This document shows, piece after piece, positions 63,201 to 64,000 of a DNA stretch of 64,000 nt. Within the stretch, counting starts at the first letter, position 1; each line of letters opens with the position of its first letter. Location: contig VJWM01000025.1 of assembly GCA_010909165.1 (NCBI GenBank), positions 496,001-560,000 of the forward strand. The letters are read 5' to 3'. Both the position numbers and the translations under genes were made by a program. The notes below the pieces were generated by a model that was not told the origin of the DNA, made no database searches, and saw nothing but the letters and a program-made list of their open reading frames with translations. Source of the stretch: Anthoceros angustus (lineage: Eukaryota; Plantae; Anthocerotophyta).

Positions 63201-63767
63201 ATGATGGTGGTGTTGGTGTCTTGGCAGTGTGTGACCGATTGAATTCCTTTTATGTCGCCTATGATTATGTAAGGTGGTCCTAGAGCTGCTAACGCAAACC
63301 CGGTCGCTTGGATGTAGAGGTGAGAAGCTGATGTTAGGGACCCACCATCAAGGAAAACGCAATTTTGCCCTTCCTCGCCAGTTCGCTTGCGACGAAGCTA
63401 AAGTAGCTTCGCTCCGTTTCTCGATTGCTGTTCGAGGCATTTTCAAATGCCGTTGTTCCGCATAGTTTATCTAGCGATGCATGGAAAATTAGGTTGATCT
63501 AGCATCATTAGGAACAATTTTTCGTGAGGGCTGCTAGACTAATCGTGATGCGCAGTGTGGATGTTTTAGAACACACGCCAGCATCCATATTCGTAGGGTG
63601 CCGACGTGTTTGTAAAACATTTCAACACAAGATCATTACCATAAAATAAATTTTTCGGACTAAAATATATAAGGAGGAGTATAATATCTAAGCAAAAATG
63701 CAAGAGCATTTCTTAGATGCTATACCCTCTCCTGTTGCTCTAAGGACAAAATATTGACTCGATACCA

Positions 63768-63973
63768 TGACAATATTCTAGAGATGCTAGAAGATGCGCA
63801 TAAGAGCAAACTTGTCATAGAGAAAACAAGACAATATATTAAGTGATCAAAAGAGTGTCTTATATACATAAGTTGTTTAACTCTAAGTGACCTTTCATTA
63901 TACAACCCTAATTACTTAACCCGTGACCGTGGTTATATATATACAACCCCAATGGGTCATCCTTGGGTTAACA
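63768..63973 (-). repeat. 5' LTR of copia 3
   Basis: Adjacent to the PBS; TG...CA ends. Confidence 0.93.
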
Positions 63974-64000
63974 CATCGGCCACTAGTCCGCTGCTCACCA

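Larger units (their letters stand above)
57084..63973 (-). mobile_element. Ty1/copia element 3, full length
   Basis: LTRs TG...CA at 57084-57298 and 63768-63973. PBS tggtatcgagtc (63756-63767, minus). PPT ttaagggggtg (57299-57309). TSD CATCA/CATCG. Gag VEFKERDRFNGNKY, WYLDSG, LWHARLGH, IN RSDNGSEF...QQNGVAE, RT LYVDD. Confidence 0.95.

Overview
Eukaryotic nuclear DNA from a land plant. The intronless PLS-class PPR genes end in a 'KQPGQSWWTD' (WW-type) PG box, which points to a hornwort (Anthoceros-like); this is inference. Left half (3.5-35 kb): a birth-and-death cluster of PLS-E+ PPR (organellar RNA-editing factor) genes interleaved with F-box genes. It includes a ~7.3-kb direct segmental duplication (3496-10863 vs 27874-34997), an older inverted relic (10905-11940), one intact F-box gene (24982-26271) behind a higher-order tandem-repeat block, and one near-intact 17-repeat PPR gene (26478-28830). 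Between the genes lie a CRE-like non-LTR retrotransposon and two Ty3/gypsy families whose integrases end in a PHD finger, one arranged as a head-to-head inverted repeat. Right half (35-64 kb): a TE nest made of a gypsy gag relic, a truncated copia, and a Sola1-like DDD transposon carrying two full-length copia insertions with LTRs, PBS, PPT and TSDs. High-copy TE interiors are dense in 1-2 bp indels and in duplications bounded by microhomology, even where LTRs are identical, so many frameshifts and some duplications may be long-read assembly artefacts. No rRNA, tRNA or CRISPR features were found.
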